IMG/VR virus record: IMGVR_UViG_3300014208_000024
Span: 224,001 to 288,000 of that record
From: a virus
Taxonomy: Duplodnaviria > Caudoviricetes
DNA: 64,000 bases
Strand: one strand, 5' to 3'
Position 1 is the first letter of the stretch; each line of letters opens with the position of its first letter. The notes beneath the pieces are model-generated. The model searched no databases and had not been told where the DNA came from. It saw only the letters and a list, made by a program, of their open reading frames with translations. The translations under genes were made by a program, and so were the position numbers. Shown here piece after piece: positions 9,679 through 19,669 of the stretch.

Positions 9679-11382
9679 TTATTCACTAAAAAGAACATTT
9701 CTCATGGTATCAAAAGTATCCCATCTATTTCCCCAAATTAAACGTAATTTTATTACTCCAAGGGTTGTATTTCCTGAAATATTTACACTTATAGAATCTT
9801 CTATGTATCCTCTATAAAATGTATTTAAATAATATATTCCAGGCTCTAAACCAGTAAAGTAATAATTTCCAACAGAATCAGTTAATTGAGTTTCATAATT
9901 TCCATTGGGATATATAAGTTGCATTGTCGCTCCAGTAACCACGCTTCCAGAGACGGACCCACTCAAAGTATATTCTATCAAAGCGCTATCATCGAGATAT
10001 TCTGGATAAACCAATTGAGAAATCTCGTCTACGTGAGGACTATCAGATTCAACATAAACATAATTTCTAAGAGACGCTGTTGTTGTTGCTGAAGCAACAT
10101 CTGAAAAAGTAACAACTTTTTGTTTAACACCAAATATGTTTATTAATTCTTTAACATTTCCAATTCTATACCAAAAATTCTTTCCATATAATAATGGAAC
10201 AGAATATTTTCTCACAACATCTGTTGTTTTTTGTGTTATTGACCAATCTCCATCTGGAGTACCCAACATTTCATTTGTGCTTAAATTTGAACTTTCTTTA
10301 TCTATTGGATAAGAATAAACTGTCCCACTAAAAGACTGACTGTCTCCTGATTCATAAACAACTTGAAGTAAAAAACTATCTCCATCATCTGTGTGGGACC
10401 AAAAAAATGTTGGAGAAAAAGTTGTCAATTGTCCTGTTACATATGGAGTTTCCCATTTTGGTTTATTTGGAATTAAAAAATATGTAAAATAATTTCCATA
10501 AACAGTAATTCCAGAAAATGTTCCTCCAGTTATTATGTGATTAGTAGTTGGAGTTGTTTCTGTGTATTCTTTTTCATATTCTACAGGAACAAGATTATCG
10601 TTGGCATCTAATTTATAAAAATCAGAAAGATCATCGTCCATTGTTCTGTTAAAAACGAATTGAGTAGTTACAAAATATTGTCCATAATCCAAAAATAATT
10701 GATATTTAAAATCTCCCTTTTTTTTCTGATATTCATCCGCTGATAAATTATATACACTAGTTGAAATTCCAGTGGTTGTTGCAGTTAATGTTAAAATAGG
10801 ATTAGTTAAAAGTTTTTTTATACTTGCGTATTTATCAGTTGTTTCAAACCCATATCCGTCAATTTTTTCTGGAAAAATTTTTGGAGCGAATTTTTCGATT
10901 GTGTTGGATGAGGTAGTTTTTCTCTTGGTGGTTGTGGTGGTTGATTTTCCACTTGAATCAGTAAAAGTCTCTTCAACAGTTTGTTCGGAAACATCTTTAT
11001 TTCCCTCTATGTTTTTTCTTATTGTTTCAGATGTGTATTGTGAAAAAACATCATATGGAATTCTATAAATGTTATGTTTAATCGTTGTTCCAGTTCCAAA
11101 ACTATGTGTGTTTGCTGTGAATATAAATTTAATAAACGGTCTGTATACATTTGTAAAAATAGACCAATAATCTTGTCCATAATAATTTATTGTTCCACCT
11201 AATGTATAATACATAGGAGTTTCAAAAGCGAAATAATCACTGTTATATAAATCCGAATCAACAAAATGATTTACATAAAATGATTCTACTGGACTATCTG
11301 CATAACATGCAGGTTTTCCAGAATGTTTTTGATAATCCTGTTTTACAAAAATTCTATTATTTGAATCATATATTATTGACAT
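9679..11382 (-). CDS. Structural protein with C-terminal carboxypeptidase-regulatory-like (Ig-like) domain
   Basis: 567 aa; C-terminal YTLSGSVSG...TDSVGNYYFTGLEPGIYYL is a typical CarboxypepD_reg-like beta-sandwich. Confidence 0.55.
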   Translation of the reverse strand: MSIIYDSNNRIFVKQDYQKHSGKPACYADSPVESFYVNHFVDSDLYNSDYFAFETPMYYTLGGTINYYGQDYWSIFTNVYRPFIKFIFTANTHSFGTGTTIKHNIYRIPYDVFSQYTSETIRKNIEGNKDVSEQTVEETFTDSSGKSTTTTTKRKTTSSNTIEKFAPKIFPEKIDGYGFETTDKYASIKKLLTNPILTLTATTTGISTSVYNLSADEYQKKKGDFKYQLFLDYGQYFVTTQFVFNRTMDDDLSDFYKLDANDNLVPVEYEKEYTETTPTTNHIITGGTFSGITVYGNYFTYFLIPNKPKWETPYVTGQLTTFSPTFFWSHTDDGDSFLLQVVYESGDSQSFSGTVYSYPIDKESSNLSTNEMLGTPDGDWSITQKTTDVVRKYSVPLLYGKNFWYRIGNVKELINIFGVKQKVVTFSDVASATTTASLRNYVYVESDSPHVDEISQLVYPEYLDDSALIEYTLSGSVSGSVVTGATMQLIYPNGNYETQLTDSVGNYYFTGLEPGIYYLNTFYRGYIEDSISVNISGNTTLGVIKLRLIWGNRWDTFDTMRNVLFSE

Positions 11383-11392
11383 TTTTTAAAAA

Positions 11393-13936
11393 TTAAAAAG
11401 TAAATATTTCCTGAGTTATTAAATTTTGAGATGTTTCACTTACGTCACCAATTGGTACACTTACAGCAACAATAGATGAAGAAATTACAGAATTATTTCC
11501 ACCTGCATTTACAATAAGATTTATGTTAAAAGATTTTATATTTGCGCTCCTTGTACTTATATGTGTATAATGTGGAATTCCAACATTTATTAAATTAGAT
11601 GTTAAAATTTCATTTTTCTTTGACGAAACAGAATGTAGTTTAGTTCTTGCTGATGGATGAATGTTTCCTATGGGAATATTTCTTAAGTTCCCAGAACTAC
11701 TCATTAAACTTCTTGATGTCATGTCAATTTGTCCAACAAAAACAAATATTTTACCTGTATTTAAAAATGAGTATCTTATAGGCTCTGGAACTACTTCTGG
11801 AGGAAACTCTTTTCTAAACATAGAACCTAAATCAACCCCTTCTCTATAAACAAATCTCTGTCTATGAAAAACAGGGTTTTTATATAACGTAGGAACAGTA
11901 TCATCAAAAATTGTAGTTGCAGGAACTAATTGAAGTATATAATCTCCCAACTGAACTTCTAATAATTGAAGATATGCTTCGAGTCTACACATTGTTAAAC
12001 TATTGCTATCTGGACATGTTGAATAATAATATGCCAAATATATGTTTTTTAATTCTGGATATGACCAAGTTGTATGACTTTGTGTGTTTGTTTTCCTATT
12101 TGTTGGGTTAATAGAATTTGTATAAACATAATCTATATATTCTGTCAAAGTCATGGAACTTATGCTTGTTGGATAAACATCATCCTGACTAAAAGTTAAA
12201 TATTCATATGGAATTGTTGTACAACTAAGTAAAGGACACGGGTTTCCCCAAACCCAAGTAGAACAAACGTTTTGGTAATACTCCCAAACATCATCTTCTA
12301 TTGCTTGTGATGGCGTAAATGAAAGTTGAACTTCTTTTGTATTAACAATATTTCTTGTTCCACCAGTAGAATCACCTATTTCTACTTTTTCGTTATCAAC
12401 TCTTGAAATTGGATTAAATTCTGGTTTCCATTGATTTATATATGCGTCCCCATTTCCTCTACCTTCTCCTCTATGTTGAAATGGGTATAAACTAGAGCTG
12501 AATTCAATATATCCATCATCAGCTACCTTATTGGTTACAAATGGGGTTGTTTTGGTAATATCATAAACAAATTCATTAAAGTTTATTAAGCAATCTGGGG
12601 CACCCAATAATTTAAATATAAACATTATTGCGTCTCTAGTTCCCTTTTTCTTATATAACCAAACAATATTTATTAAAATTCTTCTCCAAATTTCAACATT
12701 AAAATAAGAAAAAGAATTAGACTGTTGATCTAAATCCGTTGTTAAATAATCAAACATGTCTAATTCACTAAATCCGTCAGAAAGTTTCCAACCAAGAAGA
12801 TTACTTAATTTAATTAAAAATTTTCTAGGAACAGTTTCTTCATTATTATATTCAACACTATGAGCATATGCAATAGCATCTATATAGTTTTTTAATTTAT
12901 CAAATTCATAAGCATATGTTTGAACGATTGTTCTGTAAATTTGTCCATCAGAATCTAATTCTAAAAAATTTTCTGGAATTACTGTTTTTATAAAGATATC
13001 TGTTTTTTCTTCGTCAACTTTTTCTGCTGCCGTTAATATTTTTTCTTTATAATCTTCAAAACCAGAACCATATGAATCTGGCGCCCAACCATCTATTGTT
13101 CTTGGCCATATAAAGGTTTGTTCAAATGAATCATCTTGAGGAGTGTCAGTTGCTGGTATTAAAAATATTCCATCATTTAACATTTGAGTTTCCAAAGCGG
13201 TTATTGAATCGTTATAATTAAACATCCTTTCTTTAGTTGGTCTAATAAAAAGACTATCAACATATGTTGTGATGGAATTATTTTTTAAAAACTCATTAAC
13301 TTCAAAATACAAATATGTTCCAGAAAAAGAATAACTTTTTATTGAAAAAACATCTGTTTGTCCACTAATTTGAATACAAAAGTCTGCATAATCGTAAGGT
13401 AAGCTGTAAACATTTTCAGTGTTTGCCGAAACCAAAGCAATATTTCCTTGATTAGTTAAACCAGATATTGGAATTTTAAAAGAAGATGTTCTTTCTAAAG
13501 TTATTGCATTAAAACTTTCAGTATAATCAAAAATATTTATATTACCACTGTTATAGGAAAAAATAGCATATGGATAATTTGAAATTATATTATTAATTGA
13601 TGAAGCTACACTTGTATAAAAAGAGGAAAAATAAGAGTGGCTTTTTGGATTTTTTTTAGGTAAATTTAATTCATTTTGTTGAACAAATGGAATAGAAATA
13701 TTATTGCTGCTAGAAAAATTTGTAGCGTTTAAAGTTTCTAAATTATCAAAACCACCAAATTGAAGATTTTTTGTATCAGCTGTTAAATAATCTAATGAAT
13801 AATCTCTTTCTATTGTAAAATCTCCAAATGTAAATATTGCCTCAGATTTTGAAGCCAACAATCTTTTATTTTGTCCTGGTCTATAATTTACAGATAATGT
13901 AGTAGCAGAATTTGGTATTGTGTCAAAAATAGGCAT
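11393..13936 (-). CDS. Baseplate wedge / P2 gpI-like tail protein
   Basis: 847 aa; LIKLSNLLGWK...IVWLYKKKGTRDAIMFIFKLLG matches the tail_P2_I / wedge family pattern; TATTTATA on - strand at 13954-13961. Confidence 0.65.
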   Translation of the reverse strand: MPIFDTIPNSATTLSVNYRPGQNKRLLASKSEAIFTFGDFTIERDYSLDYLTADTKNLQFGGFDNLETLNATNFSSSNNISIPFVQQNELNLPKKNPKSHSYFSSFYTSVASSINNIISNYPYAIFSYNSGNINIFDYTESFNAITLERTSSFKIPISGLTNQGNIALVSANTENVYSLPYDYADFCIQISGQTDVFSIKSYSFSGTYLYFEVNEFLKNNSITTYVDSLFIRPTKERMFNYNDSITALETQMLNDGIFLIPATDTPQDDSFEQTFIWPRTIDGWAPDSYGSGFEDYKEKILTAAEKVDEEKTDIFIKTVIPENFLELDSDGQIYRTIVQTYAYEFDKLKNYIDAIAYAHSVEYNNEETVPRKFLIKLSNLLGWKLSDGFSELDMFDYLTTDLDQQSNSFSYFNVEIWRRILINIVWLYKKKGTRDAIMFIFKLLGAPDCLINFNEFVYDITKTTPFVTNKVADDGYIEFSSSLYPFQHRGEGRGNGDAYINQWKPEFNPISRVDNEKVEIGDSTGGTRNIVNTKEVQLSFTPSQAIEDDVWEYYQNVCSTWVWGNPCPLLSCTTIPYEYLTFSQDDVYPTSISSMTLTEYIDYVYTNSINPTNRKTNTQSHTTWSYPELKNIYLAYYYSTCPDSNSLTMCRLEAYLQLLEVQLGDYILQLVPATTIFDDTVPTLYKNPVFHRQRFVYREGVDLGSMFRKEFPPEVVPEPIRYSFLNTGKIFVFVGQIDMTSRSLMSSSGNLRNIPIGNIHPSARTKLHSVSSKKNEILTSNLINVGIPHYTHISTRSANIKSFNINLIVNAGGNNSVISSSIVAVSVPIGDVSETSQNLITQEIFTF

Positions 13937-14065
13937 TTAGTTTTTTATTTTTTTATAAATATTAACAAAAAAGATTTAAAAATAAATCAAAAAGATTTTT
14001 TTAAATGCCCTATTTAAAGATTTATTTATAAAAAAAAATTTTTTATATTTATAAAAAAAAAGAAA

Positions 14066-16267
14066 ATGAGTTACATAATCCAAGAGCCTTCAAATTTTAT
14101 AAACATCAAACTTACAGATACTGGAAGAAGATTGTTATCGTTGGGTACATTAACTTTTAATAAAATAATCCTTTCTGATAGAGAAGTTAATTATTTAATG
14201 GACAGAGTTAATTATGATATTTGTCAAAACAGAATTTTAGCACCAAAAGATGATCATCCAAAGTTTTCGTATACAACCACACCAACTTCAATAGGTGGAT
14301 CAGGTGCTGTTTCGCTTCCAGACATGGGAATTGCCGCAGGCAATCAGGGATTTACTACTTCTGTTAACAATTCAATGTCAAGAAGTACCTTAGCCGCTTC
14401 AGTTCCTGGAGTTTATGCTGGAACTATTGGTAGTTTTAATGGAGCCGCTGCTGTTACAATAAATGCACAAAATTTAACTAGTGCAAGACAAATTGTTTCA
14501 GCCATGACAAGTGCTGCTGGATTTTTTTCTGGAAGCTCTGGAAATTGGTCAATAAAAACCACTGCTGGAGTCGGAGAAGGTCAAACTCTTGGTGTTTCGC
14601 AAATAGATTATTCGCAATTTATCCCAAGTGGAGGTACAGAAATTTATGTTCTACCTGGCGGATATTCTGCATCAACTGGAGATTTGGTTTTTATTCCATG
14701 GGAACCACCTCAATATAGTGCAATAACAAATAATACATCTTTTATATATAGTGGCAGACCAAATGTGTCTTTGTGGTATAGAGTTCAAAGTAGAAGTGGA
14801 TTGAAATTAAATCTTGATAGAAGTGTTCCAAATTTTGGAAGTGTTCCAAATGCAAGTTCTAATCAAAAAATTCAAACTTACTTTTATCCATATGAAGCTA
14901 TATCAACTTATTATGGTACTGCTACCACGGTTAATTGTGGTGTATGGAACATGAATATAGTTAGAACATCATCTATCGAAGGAACCTCTTCTGCAATGAG
15001 CGGTTTTACAACATATGGTTCCATAGAATACAATGGAACTAAACAATATTTAGGATTTGATAATGAAACAAAGGCTTTGGGGGTAATTCATTATACAAAC
15101 AAGTTCTCTGGTAACACCTATGCTGAACAGTTTGTTCCTGGTACTGTTAAATTAGAAATACCACATGTAATGTGGCATAAATATTATGGAATTCAAAGCT
15201 CAACTATAGGAAGAGAAATGAGCTGCGGAATAACACTATATGATTATTATGGACTAAATACGTTTGATCCAATATCAAATACTCACTATAGAGAACTAAG
15301 AGATGGAATGACAAGTACATCAAATGTTGTTGGAAGAGTTTATTATAAACTTAAAATAATAGTAATAACAGATCAAGAACTTCTGACAGTGTTAACTTAT
15401 AAATCTAACAGAAACTACACACTACCAGAACCAACAGTTACCACAGTTGCTTCAACATTGGGAATATCTACTGGATTATGTAAGTCTGATTATTCTTACT
15501 ATGTAACATATACAGTATCAAGTAATTCTTTCCAAAACGGATCAAGCTATGGATATCCACAAAGTTTACCATGTTCATACGTTAAAAAGGTATATGGTGA
15601 AACAGATTCTCAAACAGGATTGCCGTCTATTTTAAGAGTTGGTTTCCCAACACTTTCATTCCCATATATGAGAACAAGTTCTGATTTATCTACTTTAAGT
15701 GGAACTGGTTGGAACGCAAATTCAGTTCAAATTTTTGTTCAAGAAATCGTTACTTCTGCAAGTACGTTAGTTGGAGATTTGCCAACAGATGATTGGAAGT
15801 TAATTTCAAGTGGAATTGGAAATGGAATATATACTGGAGAAACAGGAACATCAACAATTAGTCCATCTGATTTACAAAGTCATATTTTTAACATTACTCA
15901 AGCAGACTATGATTCTGGAACTACATATTCTTTAACTGGGAACTATTCAGCATTTACATCTAATATAGATTCAATAAATAACAGTGGATTAACTTTTGGA
16001 GACGAATCTTTCTTTTATGGAAATTTAACAACAGGAATTTTAGCAAGTGTATACAAAACGGTAATTTCAATATATGCAAAAAATGATCAATATAACTCTT
16101 CAATGTTCAATGACACATTTGATAGCACATATAATGAAGATACTTTTATTACAGAAATAGGAATTTTAAATAAAAACAACGAACTTGTTGCGGTTGCAAA
16201 ACCAGCTTATCCAATAAAGAAAAATGAATCAAGATATTTAGCATTTCAATTAGAATTAGATTTTTAA
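14066..16267 (+). CDS. Tail-collar/baseplate fibre-attachment protein (P2 gpH N-terminal-like motifs at both ends)
   Basis: N-terminal IKLTDTGRRLL and C-terminal ITEIGILNKNNELVAVAK resemble the two halves of the gpH/DUF3751-type domain; TATTTATA at 14046-14053. Confidence 0.6.
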   Translation: MSYIIQEPSNFINIKLTDTGRRLLSLGTLTFNKIILSDREVNYLMDRVNYDICQNRILAPKDDHPKFSYTTTPTSIGGSGAVSLPDMGIAAGNQGFTTSVNNSMSRSTLAASVPGVYAGTIGSFNGAAAVTINAQNLTSARQIVSAMTSAAGFFSGSSGNWSIKTTAGVGEGQTLGVSQIDYSQFIPSGGTEIYVLPGGYSASTGDLVFIPWEPPQYSAITNNTSFIYSGRPNVSLWYRVQSRSGLKLNLDRSVPNFGSVPNASSNQKIQTYFYPYEAISTYYGTATTVNCGVWNMNIVRTSSIEGTSSAMSGFTTYGSIEYNGTKQYLGFDNETKALGVIHYTNKFSGNTYAEQFVPGTVKLEIPHVMWHKYYGIQSSTIGREMSCGITLYDYYGLNTFDPISNTHYRELRDGMTSTSNVVGRVYYKLKIIVITDQELLTVLTYKSNRNYTLPEPTVTTVASTLGISTGLCKSDYSYYVTYTVSSNSFQNGSSYGYPQSLPCSYVKKVYGETDSQTGLPSILRVGFPTLSFPYMRTSSDLSTLSGTGWNANSVQIFVQEIVTSASTLVGDLPTDDWKLISSGIGNGIYTGETGTSTISPSDLQSHIFNITQADYDSGTTYSLTGNYSAFTSNIDSINNSGLTFGDESFFYGNLTTGILASVYKTVISIYAKNDQYNSSMFNDTFDSTYNEDTFITEIGILNKNNELVAVAKPAYPIKKNESRYLAFQLELDF

Positions 16268-16301
16268 AAAAATTTTTTAATATATTTATAAAAAAAAAAT
16301 T

Positions 16302-16733
16302 ATGGGACACGTTTTATCATCAGATACAATTTATGCAGCAGCATATTTAACAGAGTTAGGAAGAAAATATTTGTTTGATCCTCTGACCAACAACAGATTT
16401 GTGTCAGATGGAGCTGGTGGAACTATTGACGCTTTTAAAATAGTATATTTTTCTATGTCTGACCCAGACTATAATTACAATTTAACACCTGGAATTGTTT
16501 TTGAAACTGGTGATATAGCTAATATTTCTGGAAAAAATGAAGATTGTATAAAAGGTACAATTGTTAATGAAGAAGATAATTTAATATCTGTTAACGGACA
16601 AGTTGATGGAGTAACTGGATTAAATCCAAATGACAATGTTACAGTAGATGTTCCTTTTACATTAGCAACAAATATAGCAGATAGTACAGTTAGAATTAAC
16701 ATAAGTGCTTTACCAGTTTCTACAACTGCATAA
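16302..16733 (+). CDS. Tail/baseplate protein, N-terminal half-motif of gpH-like domain
   Basis: AYLTELGRKYL parallels the N-terminus of the 14066 ORF; TATTTATA at 16283-16290. Confidence 0.55.
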   Translation: MGHVLSSDTIYAAAYLTELGRKYLFDPLTNNRFVSDGAGGTIDAFKIVYFSMSDPDYNYNLTPGIVFETGDIANISGKNEDCIKGTIVNEEDNLISVNGQVDGVTGLNPNDNVTVDVPFTLATNIADSTVRINISALPVSTTA

Positions 16734-16755
16734 TTTAAATTATAAAAAAAATAAC

Positions 16756-17460
16756 ATGGCAACAAATACACAAATTTCAAGAATGACGAGCATAGCTTCA
16801 AAAAATGGGGTTACTTTTGAACAGGCTGTTAACACAGATTCTGGTAAAGCTACTTTGTTTTTAAAAGAAAATCCACACCCAACAAACTCTGTGGTTGCAA
16901 AGTCAGTTCAATTAATTACTTATTATGGAGGAAATATAAACAACAACAACATTGCTGTTGAACAATATTTTATAAAACCAAACTCTGTTGGATGGCTTCG
17001 TGTTGGAACACAAAAGGGAACATGGGTTCTTAATATTCCAAATAGTATATATGCACTTAAAGTTTATGGACCAGACGATAGTAATGCAAAATATTACAAC
17101 TATGTATTTGTTGTACCTTGTGTACAAGACAGAGGATATATAACTGGATATAGGGATTACACAAATTCAGTTCCAAAAGAATTTGTTACTGCATTTGTAA
17201 AATTTGCAAGTACTTTGCCAAATAATCTTGAAGATATATCTCCAGCCGCAGTGCCAATGACACAAAAAAGAAAAGGTTTTGATGCCACACTAGCAACTCA
17301 AAGTGTTCAATATGCATTTAGTTTTTGGGGAAGTTTAAGTGGTACACTAAGTAAAACATCAAGTTTTTATTTTGAATTTGTATTTTATCCTGGCCAAGCC
17401 CCAGAAGCACCATCATTGTCTCCAATAACTAGCGTCGCAACACCAATATCAAGAATTTAA
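16756..17460 (+). CDS. Hypothetical structural protein
   Basis: Start re-assigned to ATG 16756 (MATNTQ) after the previous stop; in structural operon. Confidence 0.55.
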   Translation: MATNTQISRMTSIASKNGVTFEQAVNTDSGKATLFLKENPHPTNSVVAKSVQLITYYGGNINNNNIAVEQYFIKPNSVGWLRVGTQKGTWVLNIPNSIYALKVYGPDDSNAKYYNYVFVVPCVQDRGYITGYRDYTNSVPKEFVTAFVKFASTLPNNLEDISPAAVPMTQKRKGFDATLATQSVQYAFSFWGSLSGTLSKTSSFYFEFVFYPGQAPEAPSLSPITSVATPISRI

Positions 17461-17472
17461 AAAAACAGCATT

Positions 17473-18651
17473 ATGGCAGAAATAAACAAAAGACTGGTAA
17501 ATTCAGCAACTTCCGTAAGGAAAGAAGTATCAACATGGACTAGTTTGTCTGACGTTCAGCTATCATATACTTTAGCAGATAGATCAGTAGTTGGTTCAAA
17601 AAATGGGCATTATTTTTCATCGTTTAATATGCCACACAAACGTTCAAATTCTATTTTTTATAGTGCGGACACATTATCAAGATTAAATCCACAATTGTTT
17701 CAATTAAATGTTGACAAAATTGTTGTAATTCCTATAAGTGAAAATAATTACAGTGAATATATTGATGGAAGATCAATTACCTTACAAGTTCCTCAATGGG
17801 GCGGATCTTATAAAACGGTTATTTCTAGTTTTTATTCAGACAAAATGAGAACATCCAAAGTATCTGATTCACCAATAAAATACTTTGGTCCAAATAATGT
17901 TGCATTTTTATTTTCTGACGATGTAAATAAACCTTTTACTGGAACAACTGAAGGTGGCGCTGTGAATCACAATGCTGTTACTTCATGGAATCCATCAACT
18001 GATTTTAGACAGAGACCTGCGGCTGTTGCTTATTCTCCAGAAGTGAAACCACTTGACTACAACAAAGACCAACGTCCATGGTCTTCTGTAAAGTTATCAG
18101 TACCAGTAAATCAAGCTTATCCAAAATCACTTAATTCATATGATGATGTTGCAACTGGATATAATTATGATATTCCTGTTGGATTTGTTTGTCTTGATAA
18201 AGGATTTGTAGTGTTAACTCATCCAGAAATAATTAATAATATTCCATGGACTTCTGGAAGTACGACATACGAAGCTGGCTATGCAGATACAAGTGCTGGA
18301 ACAAATATAATAAACGGATCAAATGCAGGATCTACAAGTGCAACAACTAGAATTGTATTTACCAGTACAACTTCTACTATGTCATACGAAGATATTAGTA
18401 TAAGATATATGACATCCATTGTATGTATTGCAATGCCAGGAGAATTTTTTATTTCAAAAAATCCAACATGGCCTTTGTCTAGAAATATGGCAGAAATTAG
18501 CAATCAATCAACAAATTTTGATTCTATATTTATTACGCAAGTTGGTTTGTATAATATTTACGAGCAATTAATTGCAGTGGCAAAATTAGATAGACCAGTC
18601 GAAAAAACATATGATAGTATTCTTTCGTTTAACTTGGAAATTGACATATAA
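17473..18651 (+). CDS. Tail/baseplate protein with C-terminal gpH-like half-motif
   Basis: Ends ITQVGLYNIYEQLIAVAKLDRPVEK...FNLEIDI, paralleling the C-terminus of the 14066 ORF. Confidence 0.6.
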   Translation: MAEINKRLVNSATSVRKEVSTWTSLSDVQLSYTLADRSVVGSKNGHYFSSFNMPHKRSNSIFYSADTLSRLNPQLFQLNVDKIVVIPISENNYSEYIDGRSITLQVPQWGGSYKTVISSFYSDKMRTSKVSDSPIKYFGPNNVAFLFSDDVNKPFTGTTEGGAVNHNAVTSWNPSTDFRQRPAAVAYSPEVKPLDYNKDQRPWSSVKLSVPVNQAYPKSLNSYDDVATGYNYDIPVGFVCLDKGFVVLTHPEIINNIPWTSGSTTYEAGYADTSAGTNIINGSNAGSTSATTRIVFTSTTSTMSYEDISIRYMTSIVCIAMPGEFFISKNPTWPLSRNMAEISNQSTNFDSIFITQVGLYNIYEQLIAVAKLDRPVEKTYDSILSFNLEIDI

Positions 18652-18667
18652 TAATTAAACAATTTTT

Positions 18668-18700
18668 AAAAAGGGGAAAATAAAAAGTTCCCCTTTTTTT
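18668..18700 (+). terminator. Intrinsic terminator closing the structural operon
   Basis: GGGGAA...TTCCCC stem followed by T7. Confidence 0.75.
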
Positions 18701-18716
18701 ATTTTATCTATTGATT

Positions 18717-18724
18717 TATATTTG
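18717..18724 (+). promoter_or_regulatory. Bacteroidota-type sigma-A -7 box TAnnTTTG (representative copy)
   Basis: Copies upstream of non-structural genes at 18717, 19656, 21834, 27113, 38819, 42773, 49437, 51877, 57941, 60322 (+) and 37893-37900 (-); TTTG lies 18-20 nt upstream at 19633, 42750, 51853 and 57919. Confidence 0.75.
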
Positions 18725-18762
18725 TTTTTTTTATATATTTTATTTAAATAAAATTTAAAAAT

Positions 18763-19305
18763 ATGTTATTATCTTTAGATATAAGTACATCTTGTATAGG
18801 ATATTCGGTGTTTAACGAAAAAAACACTTTGATTGAAATGGATTTTGTAAAATTCGATAGTAAAAAAAGTCTGTTTGAAAAATTAGAAACATTCAAAGAT
18901 AAACTTTGTCATTTATTGAAATTTGAGATCACATCAATAGCAATAGAAGAACCTCTTCAAAAATTTCAAGGAAAGTTTTCAAGTGCTCATACCATTTCTA
19001 TTTTAAACTTCTTTAATGGGATGATTAGTTCTTTTTTATATAATCACTTTAAAATAGAACCAATTTATTATAATGTGAATAATGCTAGGTCAGTAGTATT
19101 GCCTGGTTTTAAAATAAAAAAAGAAGGCGCCTCTACAAAACACCAAATTTGGGAAAAGGTTGTGGAAATGGAACCACAAATCAATTGGAAATACGGAATA
19201 AAAAGCAGAAAGCTGTTGGAGGAAAATTATGATATGGCAGATTCATATATAATTGGAAAGTGTTTTATAAAAATGTCTGATATTCAAAGAAATAAAGTTT
19301 CTTAA
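18763..19305 (+). CDS. ruvC: RuvC-like Holliday junction resolvase
   Basis: LSLDISTSCIGYS, IAIEEP and DMADS give the RNase H-fold acidic tetrad. Confidence 0.8.
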   Translation: MLLSLDISTSCIGYSVFNEKNTLIEMDFVKFDSKKSLFEKLETFKDKLCHLLKFEITSIAIEEPLQKFQGKFSSAHTISILNFFNGMISSFLYNHFKIEPIYYNVNNARSVVLPGFKIKKEGASTKHQIWEKVVEMEPQINWKYGIKSRKLLEENYDMADSYIIGKCFIKMSDIQRNKVS

Positions 19306-19371
19306 TTTTTCCATTAGTATTTTCACTTTTTTTTTATATTTATAGGCAACTTTAATTAAAAATTTATAAAA

Positions 19372-19563
19372 ATGAAAAAATTTATCACATTATTATTTGC
19401 ACTTTTAGTAGTTGCATTAATTTCCTGTAACTCTGGAGAAACAAAAGATGTTGTAGTGGATTCAACATTAGTTAGCATTGATACATGTATTGTAAAACCA
19501 GATTCATGCATGACATCTGTAGATACTTGTAAAAAAGTAGATTCCATAGTTGTAAAAAAATAA
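19372..19563 (+). CDS. Small lipoprotein
   Basis: MKKFITLLFALLVVALIS-C lipobox; mature part has repeated (V/I/P)D(S/T) units and three more Cys; preceded by TATTTATA and followed by a terminator. Confidence 0.75.
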   Translation: MKKFITLLFALLVVALISCNSGETKDVVVDSTLVSIDTCIVKPDSCMTSVDTCKKVDSIVVKK

Positions 19564-19579
19564 ATCAGCAACAAATGGC

Positions 19580-19615
19580 AAAAAAACTCTCAAGTCGATG
19601 ATTTGGGAGTTTTTT
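19580..19615 (+). terminator. Intrinsic terminator
   Basis: ACTCTCAA...TTGGGAGT stem with T-tract. Confidence 0.7.
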
Positions 19616-19669
19616 ATTTTTACACATTTTGTTTTGATTTTTCAATAAATAATACTATATTTGCAAACT

